Shown piece after piece: positions 1 to 11,540 of a DNA stretch of 64,000 bases. The translations under genes were made by a program, and so were the position numbers. The stretch is from Eukaryota sp. GEM-RC1 (Eukaryota), in the NCBI GenBank assembly GCA_040285855.1, contig JAUFOQ010000004.1:496001-560000 (forward strand), in the 5' to 3' direction. The notes beneath the pieces were generated by a model. The model had not been told where the DNA came from and made no database searches. It saw only the letters and a list, made by a program, of their open reading frames with translations. Position 1 is the first letter of the stretch, and each line of letters starts with the position of its first letter.

Positions 1-320
1 ATGCTTGTTAAACAAACACCAAGTGATGTGACTTTACTCTTGAATATAAAGATGGATTTACAACCTATATGGTACGAACTTTTTTGACGTTTGAAGTCGA
101 TTATGTTTACAAAGAAGTTTGAAACGAAAGCAGAAATTACCTGATTTTCTTCTGAAGGAAAATAGTTGAACACCAAACTATATTGTGAAGAGGAGAAAAT
201 GAATTTGGAAACAACTGTTCTAGTTACTACAGTACATATAGATTATAAAGGTAACTCAAAGCCATTAGCAGCCCAAGACCTAACACTTAAGAGGGCTCGT
301 ACAAGTTTTGGATGGGGATG
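1..320 (-). pseudogene. 5' part of an unidentified ORF running off the window edge, with one in-frame TAA
   Basis: The minus-strand frame HPHPKLVRALLSVRSWAANGFELPL*SICTVVTRTVVSKFIF... is open to position 1 apart from one stop at ~245; no recognised motif. Confidence 0.3.
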
Positions 321-559
321 TAATCATTAGAAGGTGGAAGAGTTGGTAATGTAATGTATAATGTAACTTCTACATGAGTTTTATTTTAGTCCTTACTTGG
401 TGTTTTCCTGTCATGTGTTTTTCTAGGCATATAACCGTTTTAACTTCCACCACAACTCTCTTCAAAAGGTTTTTGCATCGTTAATAGGTTATACGATGCC
501 TTATGATCTTCAATTAATTTCGTTAAAAGCAAATAACAACAAAAATTAGGATATCGTCG

Positions 560-703
560 TGAGTGCAGACTCAGTGTACTCGACTCGACTCGGAAAATCC
601 TGAGTACGCTCGGACTCAACTCACAGAATTGTGAGTACGCTCAGGCTCAGACTCGAGTCGAGTGCGAGTCGAGTACGCTGAGTCGAGTCGATCGGCAACT
701 CTA
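560..703. mobile_element. One end of a hAT-like MITE (GAGTC/CTCG subterminal repeats)
   Basis: Dense ctcga/gagtc repeats in both orientations ending in ...GGCAACTCTA (TAGAGTTGCC-type TIR); partner TIR not found. Confidence 0.55.
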
Positions 704-950
704 CACTATGGAATTTCAAAATAGAACGAACTGTTTTTAATTAAACACCAAAGATTTGCACGAAATATACATCGGTCAAGTACTTGCATACAGTATTTGT
801 TTAGCTAAGTATATCTAACTTGTATCTACGCCAGACCCAAGCTGGCAAGATGTAAGTCAGACTGATACAAGTATTCAGATATGAATCACAAACAATAGAA
901 AACAAAGTGAACTTTAGGCAGCTTGAATCGAACTGTTCACAAAAGAAATC

Positions 951-1072
951 ACATGTTCTGGAAAAGTTGGACCGAATAAAAATGGTGTTGAAAATTTGTT
1001 AATGGAAAATAATGATGGTGATTTAGCTACGATTTGTGCAAAAAACACGGTCCAACTTTTTTCGGAACATGT
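951..1072. mobile_element. ~120 bp MITE
   Basis: Imperfect terminal inverted repeats ACATGTTCTGGAAAAGTTGGACCG / CGGTCCAACTTTTTTCGGAACATGT. Confidence 0.6.
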
Positions 1073-1149
1073 AACGGTCTTTGCCCAATACATGCATTGG
1101 AACGCACAATTAATTGAGTGTTCGAGGTGACTAAAACAAATACTATATA

Positions 1150-1591
1150 CAGGTCAGGTCAATTCATTTGATGACCATGACCTGACCCGTGACCTGTTAC
1201 TGTGGACCTTGACCTGACCTTTGACACGATTTATGTGACCTTGACCTGACCTTTGACCTGAATCTGTTGACCTTGACCTGACCTTTGACCTGAAATCTTC
1301 AATTTTCTTTATTCTTTAACTATCGAAAATCCGTGTAAACACAGTCAAATATAATCTAACAATTTCTTGAATATTAGTGTATACTAAGAGTACATTGCGT
1401 ATTATGATCTAATTTTGATCATTTAAAACAAGAAACTCACACATAAACTGCCAAATGATTGATTGTGATCTGACCTTTGACCTGATGTTCGTTAGCTTGA
1501 CCCGACCTTTGACCTGAACGGTACGACCTTGACCTGACCTTTGACCTGACATGTGATTTTCAGGTCTTGACCTGAACTTTTAACAACCCTA
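1150..1591. mobile_element. hAT-like MITE remnant with TGACC(T) subterminal repeats
   Basis: Two clusters of tgacct/ttgacc repeats; right end ...AACAACCCTA (TAGGG-type TIR); left TIR not evident. Confidence 0.55.
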
Positions 1592-1666
1592 ATATACATG
1601 TATTAGCATATTGTTGCAAATAAACTCCCTATATACATGTAGTTTATAAAGTGATAAAACTCAACA

Positions 1667-1712
1667 TTATTCGGTACCCAATAAGGTAACCTTCCTGCAA
1701 TACTTTGAAATG
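1667..1712 (-). mobile_element. Extreme 3'-end fragment of the family-C RLE retroelement
   Basis: TATTCGGTACCCAATAAGGTAACCTTCC matches the element 3' UTR at ~19976, ~43394 and ~43851. Confidence 0.7.
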
Positions 1713-1767
1713 ATATCAGGTTGTCAACCATCTCAAATAGTTCAACAGCAGCAAAAAAAACAAGCAT

Positions 1768-1838
1768 GCGTTCGTGGTTTAGTGGTAGAATACGTCGTTG
1801 CCATCGATGTGACCCGGGTTCGATTCCCGGCGGATGCA
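1768..1838 (+). tRNA. trnG: tRNA-Gly(GCC)
   Basis: Cloverleaf: acceptor GCGTTCG/CGGATGC, anticodon arm CGTCG-TTGCCAT-CGATG, T arm CCGGG-TTCGATT-CCCGG; followed by a TTTTT Pol III terminator. Confidence 0.97.
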
Positions 1839-2014
1839 TTTTTATATTATATAGATGTTCACGCTTTCTTTACAAACGGCTGTTTTTAAACGTCAGCTGT
1901 GTTTTAATGTGCCTAACTTGCATTCTAATCTACATGTAGTTTCAAAACAGTATAAAAGTGAATTTTAATCTGACATTTTTATGTTGAATCAGAGAGATTT
2001 GCACTATTCACCAA

Positions 2015-2703
2015 TTTTGAAGGTCTGGATTTTAAAATTCGACTTGGCTCGGCCAAAGAAAAAAATCCAGCGGTCGCAAATTTTTCAATCGATTTGAAGC
2101 CACTGTGCCATTTAGCCACTGTTGAGATCATTGGAAATCAATAATGTAAAAAATAGTGATTTTGATGAGACTTTTGGTAAAAGAAGAGCTGATGTCATAG
2201 TTCCATCAGTCAATGATGAACTAACGGTTGTTGATGTGATTACTGTGGATGTTTGCAAAAAAAGTACATTCAAGGATGCTAAAAATGAAGTTTCTCCACT
2301 GGATTTTTCAGAACAATACAAGAGAAACAAATATGATGAACCATTGACGACTGCTCTCAAACATACTAGACATGTTGAGTACAGATTATGTCCTTTGCAA
2401 TTTCAATTTATGGTCGACTTGGTAGAGATGCTCTTTGTTTTCTCTCTGATTTTGAGAAAGTTGTCAAAAGAGAATGAACAAGAAATTTGATTTCCAGTTT
2501 TGGTTGAATCGTATTGTTTTTACAATATTTAAAACAATTCCTATCATGATTTCAAAAGCTCTATTAGCTCTCAGTGTTTTTTATGAAGAAAAAGCTGATG
2601 TGAGTTTTAACGGCAATGATTGTTGCTTTAATGATATTGAGTTCTAGTATTTGTGTCTGTCTTAGTGTTTTTGTTCAATAAACTAACAAGCTGTTTTAAA
2701 AAA
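2015..2703 (+). mobile_element. Short non-autonomous non-LTR retroelement (family A; RLE/CRE-like endonuclease C-terminus)
   Basis: 12-bp TSD ACTATTCACCAA (2003-2014, 2704-2715); AATAAA and an A tail; ORF 2122-2490 carries the RLE motifs RRAD...VVDVITVD...K..KY...P. Confidence 0.85.
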
Positions 2704-3577
2704 ACTATTCACCAAAGGCTCTTTTAGTTCATAGTACTTTCTATATGACAACACTTTTGTTCTACTTAGTTTGAATGAATGCCATCTTAACAAGTAAATA
2801 ATAGCTGTAGTGGTAGTGCCAAAAGCTACACGGGGTTTGTTCATATCAATACAGTAGATTTGGTTTTTTTACATCTGTGTTTCTTAGAGTATTTCAAATT
2901 TGGACTTCACACGACTGGCCTTGAGTGTGGAATTAGTACACTGACTGTCTTCTTCGCATCAATTTGTACATGATTTGCTACATAATGTATTCTGTCTAAG
3001 AGATGAAGTGGTCGTGACAGTTTTGAGATGTAAGTGTGTATTGCACGGAAGGCTGAAGTCTGTTTTTCATGGTAGACGGACAGTTTTCCGTCTCACAACA
3101 TCATTCATACAAATGATAACTAATGTTGCCTAAAGGCAAAGAAAGAAGATTTATAAATACAACAAAGTCTAGTCTACACACCTACAACAAAGTAGTGTTG
3201 GCAATTCAGTACAAGAAAAGACTCAATTGTCATCCATGTCTACCCTAGAGATCATTTATTAGATGGTATGGCGACAACTAACAACGAATTCACATCGTTG
3301 GGGTTCTCTGGAGGTTTATTAATAATAATGAACAAACACTTGAAAAATTGGATTGAATACATGTACATTGTAATACCGTAAAACTTTTCTTCAAATCAAT
3401 CAATAAATTGCCGAACGTTTGATTTTGATCTTTGGCCTAACTGATGCGATCTGAAAATCAAAAATTTAAGAAAGTTCGAACAAGTGATTTTGAAGTTTCT
3501 AAACCCTTAACTGTTCTCTCCCGTAAATGAACACTTCTGTAGATGTAGATGTTAGCCAGAAATTCTATACAAAACTA

Positions 3578-3650
3578 CAGCTTCTGTAGAGATTGAACTT
3601 ATGTTCTCAAAGTTATGGTTTTTGCTTATAGCAAGGCAATGTAAAAAACT
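3578..3650 (-). pseudogene. Degenerate tRNA-Met(CAT)-like sequence
   Basis: 73 nt on the minus strand with AGTTTTT/AGAAGCT acceptor pairing, a CCATAAC anticodon loop and a GTTCAATC T-loop; D and anticodon stems are decayed. Confidence 0.4.
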
Positions 3651-4081
3651 CCCGTACATGTAATTGCTCTCGTCAGTACATCTTAATCATGATGGGCACA
3701 ATATCAATAATTGCTAAATTCTGTAGCGGTCAGTGTAAGGCACAACATTTCTTGGTACCAAAAATGTGAAAGCTGACATGAAAAATATACACAAACAACA
3801 TGTAAGGTTATGTTCCAAGTCAGAATGTTCAAAACTAGATAAAATTTGCAATTCAATTTAAAATTCACACATATATTTATCAAACTTCAGAAATCCAAAC
3901 AGCATGATAGATCTGTTTGTTCTGTATATGTATGTACACGGAGACTCACTATTACTAGTAATAAAACTGTCGATATCCTTACTTGTATGCACTCTGTTCA
4001 TCTAACCTCATTGATGGAACTGCAGTTAGTTGTGATAATGACAGTTAGAGCAACTGAATCATCTGGATAGTAAAGGGGCTT

Positions 4082-4218
4082 TATGGTCAAAAACATACTT
4101 GGAAAATACACTTTTCTGTACTTTCTGTATTTTTGTTTTTCGTGTATTCGTGTATTTGTATTTTATATTTTTCAGTATTTAAATACAGTATTCTTTTAGG
4201 AGTATGTTTCTGATCTTA
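4082..4218. mobile_element. Degenerate MITE with GTATT repeats
   Basis: Imperfect inverted ends GGTCAAAAACATACT / AGTATGTTTCTGATC; internal gtatt repeats; no clear TSD. Confidence 0.4.
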
Positions 4219-5052
4219 CTTACCTGTAAAAGTAACTACTTCGGATGTACATGTAGTTCTTTTATCTCCATTTTTTCTTCATGGGATTCAAAGAAGTAAA
4301 TAAAAACATGAAATCAATCACGATACAAGACGAAGCAGTTGTAGTAGTTTATCAGCAACCAGAACAGAAGACAGACGGACAGACTGCAGTAGTTTACTGG
4401 ATTACTTCGCGGAAGAATTCTAGGAAGAATTGCTGTTTGTATGTATTAAAGGGGCTTTGTGACAAACAGCAGCAAAGTGATGTCATTGATATTCGAAGTG
4501 CATTGAACCCAAACAGGTCCAATACGAAGAGCAGTGGTGGAAGAGAATGGTAAACATGAGGAAACACGACCCGACTTTAGCCATGCTGTTGTATAGCCTG
4601 TGGTTTTTGGTTGATCTATCATGATCAAAATACATGTGGTTGTTTGTTATTGTGTACGTCTTCTTAATCAAAGTATCCAAGCACAAGCAGTGCCCCAAAA
4701 CATCTAGTACAACGTCACCCCCAATTTTTTTTAGTTTGGGGGTGGTGTTGTTTTAGAGGTTTTAGAGTATATTGGTTTAAGCCGTTCTTTTTAAAGTTAT
4801 TCACTAGACTTGAATGTACAGTCAGTTTGCTGTCCTCCTTCGAGTTCAATTTCTAGATGATTCGCAACATAATCTATTCCATCAAGGAGATGAAGTGGTT
4901 TCTGTCCTGCTCCATAAGTGGATTTTTGCACTGAATCGATACTGAGCAGAAGGCTGAAGCATGATGAAAAATTCACCATCACAACAAGTGATGTGTCATC
5001 ATTGTAACACCATCAATTCCAAGTCTTAGAAGAATCACTTTTGTCACGTTTC

Positions 5053-5769
5053 ATGTCAGTAAAAGGTCAGTTCTCCGACGTTGGTCCTTTCAAAGGAGAT
5101 CTCGCTGATGCCAATCTTCGCATTGGATTCATCCGTAAAGTGTATGCTCTTTTGTTTGTACAGGTTCTTCTAATGTCTGCTGTTGGCTATTATGTCCGCT
5201 CCTCTGCAGGCTGGTCCTTGTTCGTCATGAATTGGCCCAAACTCATCGGTTTTTTCATGGTTATTTCCTTTGTAGCCTTGTGGTTTAATCGCCGTCGCCA
5301 CCCTGCCAATTTGAAGTACTTGTGTATTTTTTCTATCCTTGCTGGTGCTCCAACCGTTCGTGCTACCATGTACATTGATACTGAAACACTGTTGCTCGCT
5401 CTATCATGCACTGCCGTGTTATTTACGTGTTTGACATTGTATTCGCTTGTCGCCAAACCTCAACATTTTACGTTCATTAAGTGCTTTATCGTCGCCGGTG
5501 CTCTATTCAGCTTCTTCGCCTATTTTGTTTGGTATTTCATGTTCCCTGATGTTCCTATTATGCATACTGGCATTTCCGTGGTTTCTCTTCTTGTTGTAGC
5601 CGCTGGAGTTGTCCTAAAGGTTAGACGCATTGTTGTGACGTATAACTCAGATGATTACGTGATGGCGTGTGCCTCTCTTTATTTGGACTTTATGAAGCTC
5701 TTCGTCAAGGTAGCCAAATTGTTGGTCAAAATGAAGATGAAGGAGGATAAAGATAAGAAGAAAAAGTAA
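5053..5769 (+). CDS. Bax inhibitor-1 / TMBIM (Lifeguard/GAAP-like) multi-pass membrane protein, copy 1
   Basis: LRIGFIRKVYALLFVQV, RRRHPANL and YNSDDYVMACASLYLDF motifs; ~7 hydrophobic segments; lysine-rich tail. Confidence 0.9.
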   Translation: MSVKGQFSDVGPFKGDLADANLRIGFIRKVYALLFVQVLLMSAVGYYVRSSAGWSLFVMNWPKLIGFFMVISFVALWFNRRRHPANLKYLCIFSILAGAPTVRATMYIDTETLLLALSCTAVLFTCLTLYSLVAKPQHFTFIKCFIVAGALFSFFAYFVWYFMFPDVPIMHTGISVVSLLVVAAGVVLKVRRIVVTYNSDDYVMACASLYLDFMKLFVKVAKLLVKMKMKEDKDKKKK

Positions 5770-6129
5770 GATTGCGTTCCTATTATAACAATCATTGATA
5801 GTCCTAAAAAATCGAAATAAATCGTGTATAATTGATTTTCTGTTCAACTTCTTTTTGTCTAAAAACATTCCAGACACAACCAGCAAATGAATCAACTAAT
5901 TGTTAAGTTTCTGTGTTGACTGTATTTAGTTTGATTGAACAAACCCTGTACATTCAAATGTTTTCAATGACTTGGCAGTGTTGTACATCCTACCTTTCCA
6001 TTACAGATCTGATATTCACTTCTTTAATACTTCTGCTTTACAGATCGGAGGTGGATTACTTGCTCTCATGGAGTAAGGAGAAGAAAAACGGATTTATGTG
6101 CGGAGAAAAACACATAATAAGTTAAGTAC

Positions 6130-7345
6130 AAATAGATAAACACTATTAAAACAAATTATCAAACGAACTACCTAATTCCGAAAAGTAGTTGCCTCCAAAC
6201 AACTTGGACAAAATGGAATCAACATATCTATACATAGACCTAAAAATCGAAAAAGCAAATTTACTCTTCCAGTACGATCTGTTAAACTTCTTGCCAAGTT
6301 CTGAACACAAATTTTCAAATAAACTTAAAAACTCCTTGGTAGAAGAACCGAAATTTCCGTACAATGAAACTGCAAAAGGCTGAAAGACGATATTATTGTG
6401 TCTTCGTGAATTCAATGCAGCAACTTGATGTCCATACTTAGACACTTTGGCGTTCTCAGCGTCTTTCAGCGGATCATTTGAGGGATTCAAAATGTTGGCA
6501 ATAGCTGAAGCTTTGCAAGGATCAACGGTCGTAAAATCAACAACAATTTCTTGGCATGACAACCAAGTGCCAATAAAATCACCACGTTTCTGAGTAGAAT
6601 CAGGGTGATCTGAAAGATGAGAAAGTAATGGTTCGACTTTGCCATGGAAACCATTTGCCTTAAACATTTTCAAACATGTATCTCGAAGACTGTTGTGCAA
6701 AATTGAACGACAATATATGAACTTTGAACAATTGACCAAATGATGAAAGCTAGCCTTATGTTTGTTTTTACAGATACACGTGCTGTTCTGTAACAAACCA
6801 AATGGCCAAAAACCTAAACGAAGTCTCATGTTAACAAGCCATTCATGATCTTTTTAGATTAAAAATAAATCTCCCTGGCAATTGAGTAATGAAAGTAGAT
6901 GCTGAATCACTACTCATGTCTTGTAAAAATGCACAGAAAGCGGGACTTTTAACTTTAGCCAAGCTAATGCAGTTAGTATAGTCCAAGCTCTCATGGAAAG
7001 ATACAAATTTCTTCTGAAATTTTCTAACACCAAGAGGAAGGGAAAAAAGCGTACGTTGAGGTGTTTCCGTCACAGATGCAGGGAACAAGGATTCCCAAAC
7101 ATCAGGGTTCATACCATCTACAAGATTTTGAAGTGATATAAGCCATTGACAAGGCGAATATCGAATGAGATCTTCATTAGACCAAAGTAAGGGATAACGT
7201 AACTTAAATTCATACAGCAGATTCTTCAAACATCCTAAAAAGGCACCTTCACGCATATAACGAGCCTTGGAAAACCAATTCCACCAAATCTCACAGCAGC
7301 AAATGAATGACGATGAATGGAAAGCTTTTTCGACTCTACCAGCTC
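6130..7345 (-). mobile_element. 5'-truncated RLE (CRE-like) non-LTR retrotransposon, family B; frameshifted
   Basis: AAVRFGGIG thumb-like motif, CxC...HLVNC zinc knuckle, HNSLRD, RGD...VVDFTTVDP...AENAKVSKY...FQPFAVSLYG RLE motifs. Confidence 0.85.
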
Positions 7346-8272
7346 TGAAAAGTTTCCTCTGGAGAAGAGGAAACAGTATTAATTTTGGTAAATCTGTCTT
7401 CCAGACAAACGTTTACAATCGTGTTTAACGGTCGTGTCTACGAAAAGTTGTTGTGCACTAAAAATTTACGGAGTATTATACAGTTAAACGATAGAGCGGC
7501 GGTCATTAAAAATGTATTAAGGTTTGTTTTTGCAGTTTTTGCTTTGGATATCTTACTTCAAAAGTCACAAATTCTGAAACTTGTAAAACACTATAACTAG
7601 TGTGTGATACATATTCCTTGTATACACTTTGTTAAAAATTGGTTTACTTGTGATAATACAGTAAGGAGCTGCGGAGTTCTCATAGTCTACATGTTCTTCC
7701 GCACATAACACTGTCTTCAAAGTGGCTGGTTATTTAAAGGCAGCTTGCTTAGTTCTTCTTTAAGGACTCGAACACCAAACAAGAAGAATCATTTCTATTG
7801 GACAAATGTGATACTTCAGTAAGTATGTAGGACTCAGTTTTGAAGTATGTAACAAAATGCTTTGGAAAAACAGCAGCAGAGTAATGTCATGGATATTACA
7901 AGTGCAATGAACGCAAACAGGACCAATTCGAAAGCGTCGGCTTAAGAGAATTGTAAACATGAGGAACAAGGATCTAACTTTAACCATGCTGTGGTATAGC
8001 CTCGTTTGATCCATCATGATCATAGAAGTTCAATGTGATGTGCTATAGTATTTGTCTTCTTAAATCAAGTATCCAAACATAAACAGTAGATTGGCTTAGC
8101 TGTTCTTTTTAGAGTTGTTGACGAATGGACTTTTACTGTACTAGACTTGGGTGTGGCAACAGGACGCTGACTTGAGCCGATGAGAAACTTCAGTTCTTTT
8201 CGTTGATTAGTCTAGTAGGTGTCGAGTTTAATTTCTAGATGACTTGCCACATAATAGGAGATGAATGGCTGT

Positions 8273-10125
8273 TAGCACTGGGCGTTCAGATATCCGATCC
8301 GATCTGATCTGAATTTCTTGTATCCGAATCTGATCCGATCTGAACTACCTTGATCCGAATCTGATCCGATCCGAACTACTCTAATCTGAATCCGATCCGA
8401 TCCGAACTACTCTAATCTGAATCCGATCTGAAATCCGAACAAGCAGAATCTTCTTAGCCCTTTCTTGACTATATGAGAACACCAATATCATATTCTTTAT
8501 ATCACTTAAATAAATACAAGTACTATTCTGAGTCACTATCTTCATTATCTACAGCACCAAGCTGATTCCACCAAGATTTTAGAGAACACATAGCTTCAAG
8601 AGCTTCATTCATAATATCCACTAGAAACGCTGGGTTCTGCAAAGAAGTTCTTTATGACGATCATGGCATCCTGGTAGCTCTTCAACATGTCGTACGTGCT
8701 GTTCCAGCGAGTTTCAACATCATCCTTCAGAGTGTTGATCTTTTGAAAACTCTTTGAAGCACAGAACCTATTTAGGACTCCCTTCAATATTGAAGTTCTG
8801 TAAGCAAGGACAAAAGCCCTAACCTTGCCTATGGCTGGCTTAATGGGTTCCAATCCCTGTTTGACAATCAAATTTAGGACATGAGCTCCGCATCGTCTGG
8901 TTTCGATGGCCCACTCCGCTTTAAGTAGACTTCCAGCCTTGACAATATTCCTCGCATTATCACAGGTCATGGCAAACACGCGACATTTTCCCTCGTGGAT
9001 TAACTTGAACTTAATCATGATGTCAACGATCAAATCCTTTAAATTCTTGGTGGTTTGTTGTATTTTTATTTCTACAACATCTAAGCAAAAGTTATGATAG
9101 TTAAATGCATCATCAATAAAATGAGCAGTGATGCCCAGAAAGGGTTTTTGTTGGCGGCCAGACCATCCATCAACAGTTAAACAGATAGGAGAATCACAAG
9201 TGTGCATTTTGGTGGTGGTTTCTTCTCGTTCTACACAGTATTTAGATTTGAGGAGTCGGCCAAATGATCTTCTGGAAGGAACAGTAGGTTTTTCCTTCAT
9301 TGAATGAATTATCTGCACAAAATCTTGCAAATGATTAGATTCAAGAATAGAAAAAGGCACGTTTTGGGTGATAATAAGTTTCAATAAGCTCTCTTTAAGA
9401 TCGTTTTGTGTTTTAACACTGGGTGCTACTGCCAAAAAGGAGTCCATTGTCAGTTGATTGCTGGGATTTCCACTTTGCCAATCACCATGCTTGTTACTGA
9501 GATGTCTGCTCATGTTCCCAGTAGATGGTGGTGATTGAGCAATTGAATATTCACAATTATTGCATAAAGTGCAAAATACAACATTTCGTGCTTTATCAAT
9601 TTTGAAATAATCCCATACACGAGAGCGACTTTTCATAGTGCGAGTTTTTTTCATAGGAGGGGAGGACTCAGTTGTGGGAGCAGTAGACTGTGTTCTTTGA
9701 GAATAAACAGATGATTCTGAAGGCGGGATTTCAACGACATCGTCATCAGAGCTTACACCGAAGAAACTAGACATGCTTTAAAGGATGAAATAAAATGGCG
9801 GGAAGAATCTGTATTTGATCGATTTTGCTACAGTACTTTGATAGAACAGATCGGCTACTAATGTCAAAATATTTACTACTAGTATAAAGATCATTGTATA
9901 ATTACAACAATAACAAGTTGTATACACCACAATTGGTTTCCAGATAACGGATATCTGACTTCGATCTGAATCCGAACAAAAGGATCTGAATCCGATCTGA
10001 ATCCGAACGTTCGAATCCGAATCTGATCCGAATCCGAACAAAATAGCAAAACTGGATCTGAATCCGATCTGAATCCGATCCGATCCGAAATCTGAAGTGA
10101 AATCTGATCTGAACGCCCAGTGCTA
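8273..10125 (-). mobile_element. hAT DNA transposon, internally deleted
   Basis: 19-bp TIRs TAGCACTGGGCGTTCAGAT; perfect 8-bp TSD ATGGCTGT (8265-8272, 10126-10133); ATCCGA/GATCTG subterminal arrays; absent from the paralogous duplicate unit. Confidence 0.96.
8523..9774 (-). pseudogene. hAT transposase with BED finger; C-terminal region deleted
   Basis: SRVWDYF..C..C..H...H BED finger, LTVDGWS, TCDNARN, RCGAHVLNL, DVETRWNSTYDML; the ORF stops at 389 aa and the out-of-frame tail EALEAMCSLKSWW follows. Confidence 0.9.
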
Positions 10126-10277
10126 ATGGCTGTGTTCCATAAGTGCATTTTTGTACTCAGAAGAAGACTGAAGTATACGGTCTGCTAATGAAAAATGACA
10201 AAAATCACAACAAGAGATGTGTCATCATTGTAACACCATCTAATCAAGTCAAAGAAGAATCACTTTTGTCACGTTTC

Positions 10278-10995
10278 ATGTCAGTAAAAGGACAGTCCTC
10301 CGACGTTGGTCCTTTCAAAGGGGATCTCGCTGATGCCAATCTTCGCATTGGATTCATTTGCAAAGTGTATGCTCTTTTGTTTGTACAGGTTCTTCTAATG
10401 TCTGCTGTTGGCTATTTCGTCCGCTCCTCTGCAGGCTGGTCCTCGTTCGTCATGAATTGGCCCAAGCTCATCGGGTTCTTCATGGTCATTTCCTTCGTAG
10501 CCTTGTGGTTCAATCGCCGTCGTCATCCTGCCAATTTGAAGTACTTGTGTATTTTTTTCTGTCCTTGCTGGTGCTCCAACCGTTCGTGCTACCATGTACA
10601 TTGATACTGAAACACTGTTGCTCGCTCTATCATGTACTGTCATGTTATTCGCGTGTTTGACATTGTATTCAATTTTTACCAAACCTAAACATTTTACGTT
10701 CATTAAGTGCTTTATCGTCGCCGGTGCTCTATTCAGCTTCTTCGCCTATTTTGTTTGGTATTTCATGTTCCCTGATGTTCCTATTATGCATACTGGCATT
10801 TCCGTGGTTTCTCTTCTCGTTGTAGCCGCTGGAGTTGTCCTAAAGGTTAGACGCATTGTTGTGACGTATAACTCAGATGATTACGTGATGGCGTGTGCCT
10901 CTCTTTATTTGGACTTTATGAAGCTCTTCGTCAAGGTAGCCAAATTACTGGTCAAAATGAAGATGAAGGAGGATAAAGACAAGAAGAAAAAGTAA
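10278..10995 (+). CDS. Bax inhibitor-1 / TMBIM family protein, copy 2 (one +1 frameshift in a T run)
   Basis: Near-identical to 5053-5769; T7 at 10552-10558 versus T6 at 5327-5332. Confidence 0.85.
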
Positions 10996-11226
10996 GATTG
11001 CGCTCCTATTATAACAATCCTGGAACATCGAAATAAATTGTGTATAATTCATTTCTTTTTGTTTCAAAAGTTTCTACACAACATCGTCACATGTGAAAGC
11101 GTTGGCAACAATGCTTCTTTATTGAATATTATCTATTTGATTGATCGATCCCTGTAGATTAAAATGTTTTCAGCGACTTTAATCTTTAAAAGAAAATAAT
11201 ACGAAGATGTGCTCGCTACTATCCAC

Positions 11227-11540
11227 CAGTGAACGCTAACACGTAACACGCGTATCAACACGTGTTAGGAATTTTCGCTGAATTCTAACACGGAAATACC
11301 GGTTAACAGTTACCATTTTCGGTCTGGATGATGTAGAAATGTCTTTTGGTGCTAAAAGAATCAAAAACAACGGTTTAGAAGTCCCCTACAGGGATGTAGA
11401 GTGTCGTAGGGATGAATATGTAGAAGAAATGAGCTATTTATCGTTGACCCAGAAATCAGGAAAAATTCTTGTAACGCTAACACGTAACACGCGTGTTAAC
11501 ACGTGTTAGATTCAATTTTGCTATGTGTTAGCATTCATTG
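11227..11540. mobile_element. hAT-type MITE (AACACG repeats)
   Basis: TIRs CAGTGAACGCTAACAC / GTGTTAGCATTCATTG; perfect 8-bp TSD CTATCCAC. Confidence 0.9.

Larger units (their letters stand above)
4420..11180. repeat. Tandem segmental duplication of the BI-1 gene and its flanks
   Basis: ~4460-6000 aligns to ~7860-8272 plus 10126-11180 (the second unit is split by the hAT insertion). Confidence 0.85.

Noticed and set aside
1150..1591. Repeat clusters (also 8280-8440, 9950-10110, 49450-50160) as CRISPR arrays or telomeric repeats
   Set aside because: No constant repeat with unique spacers; they are short words in both orientations next to TIRs, i.e. transposon subterminal repeats
1603..1939. 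ORFs of 78 and 72 aa
   Set aside because: Shadow ORFs over the tRNA-Gly gene
9778..10148. ORFs rich in SDSD/IRI
   Set aside because: Translations of hAT subterminal repeats
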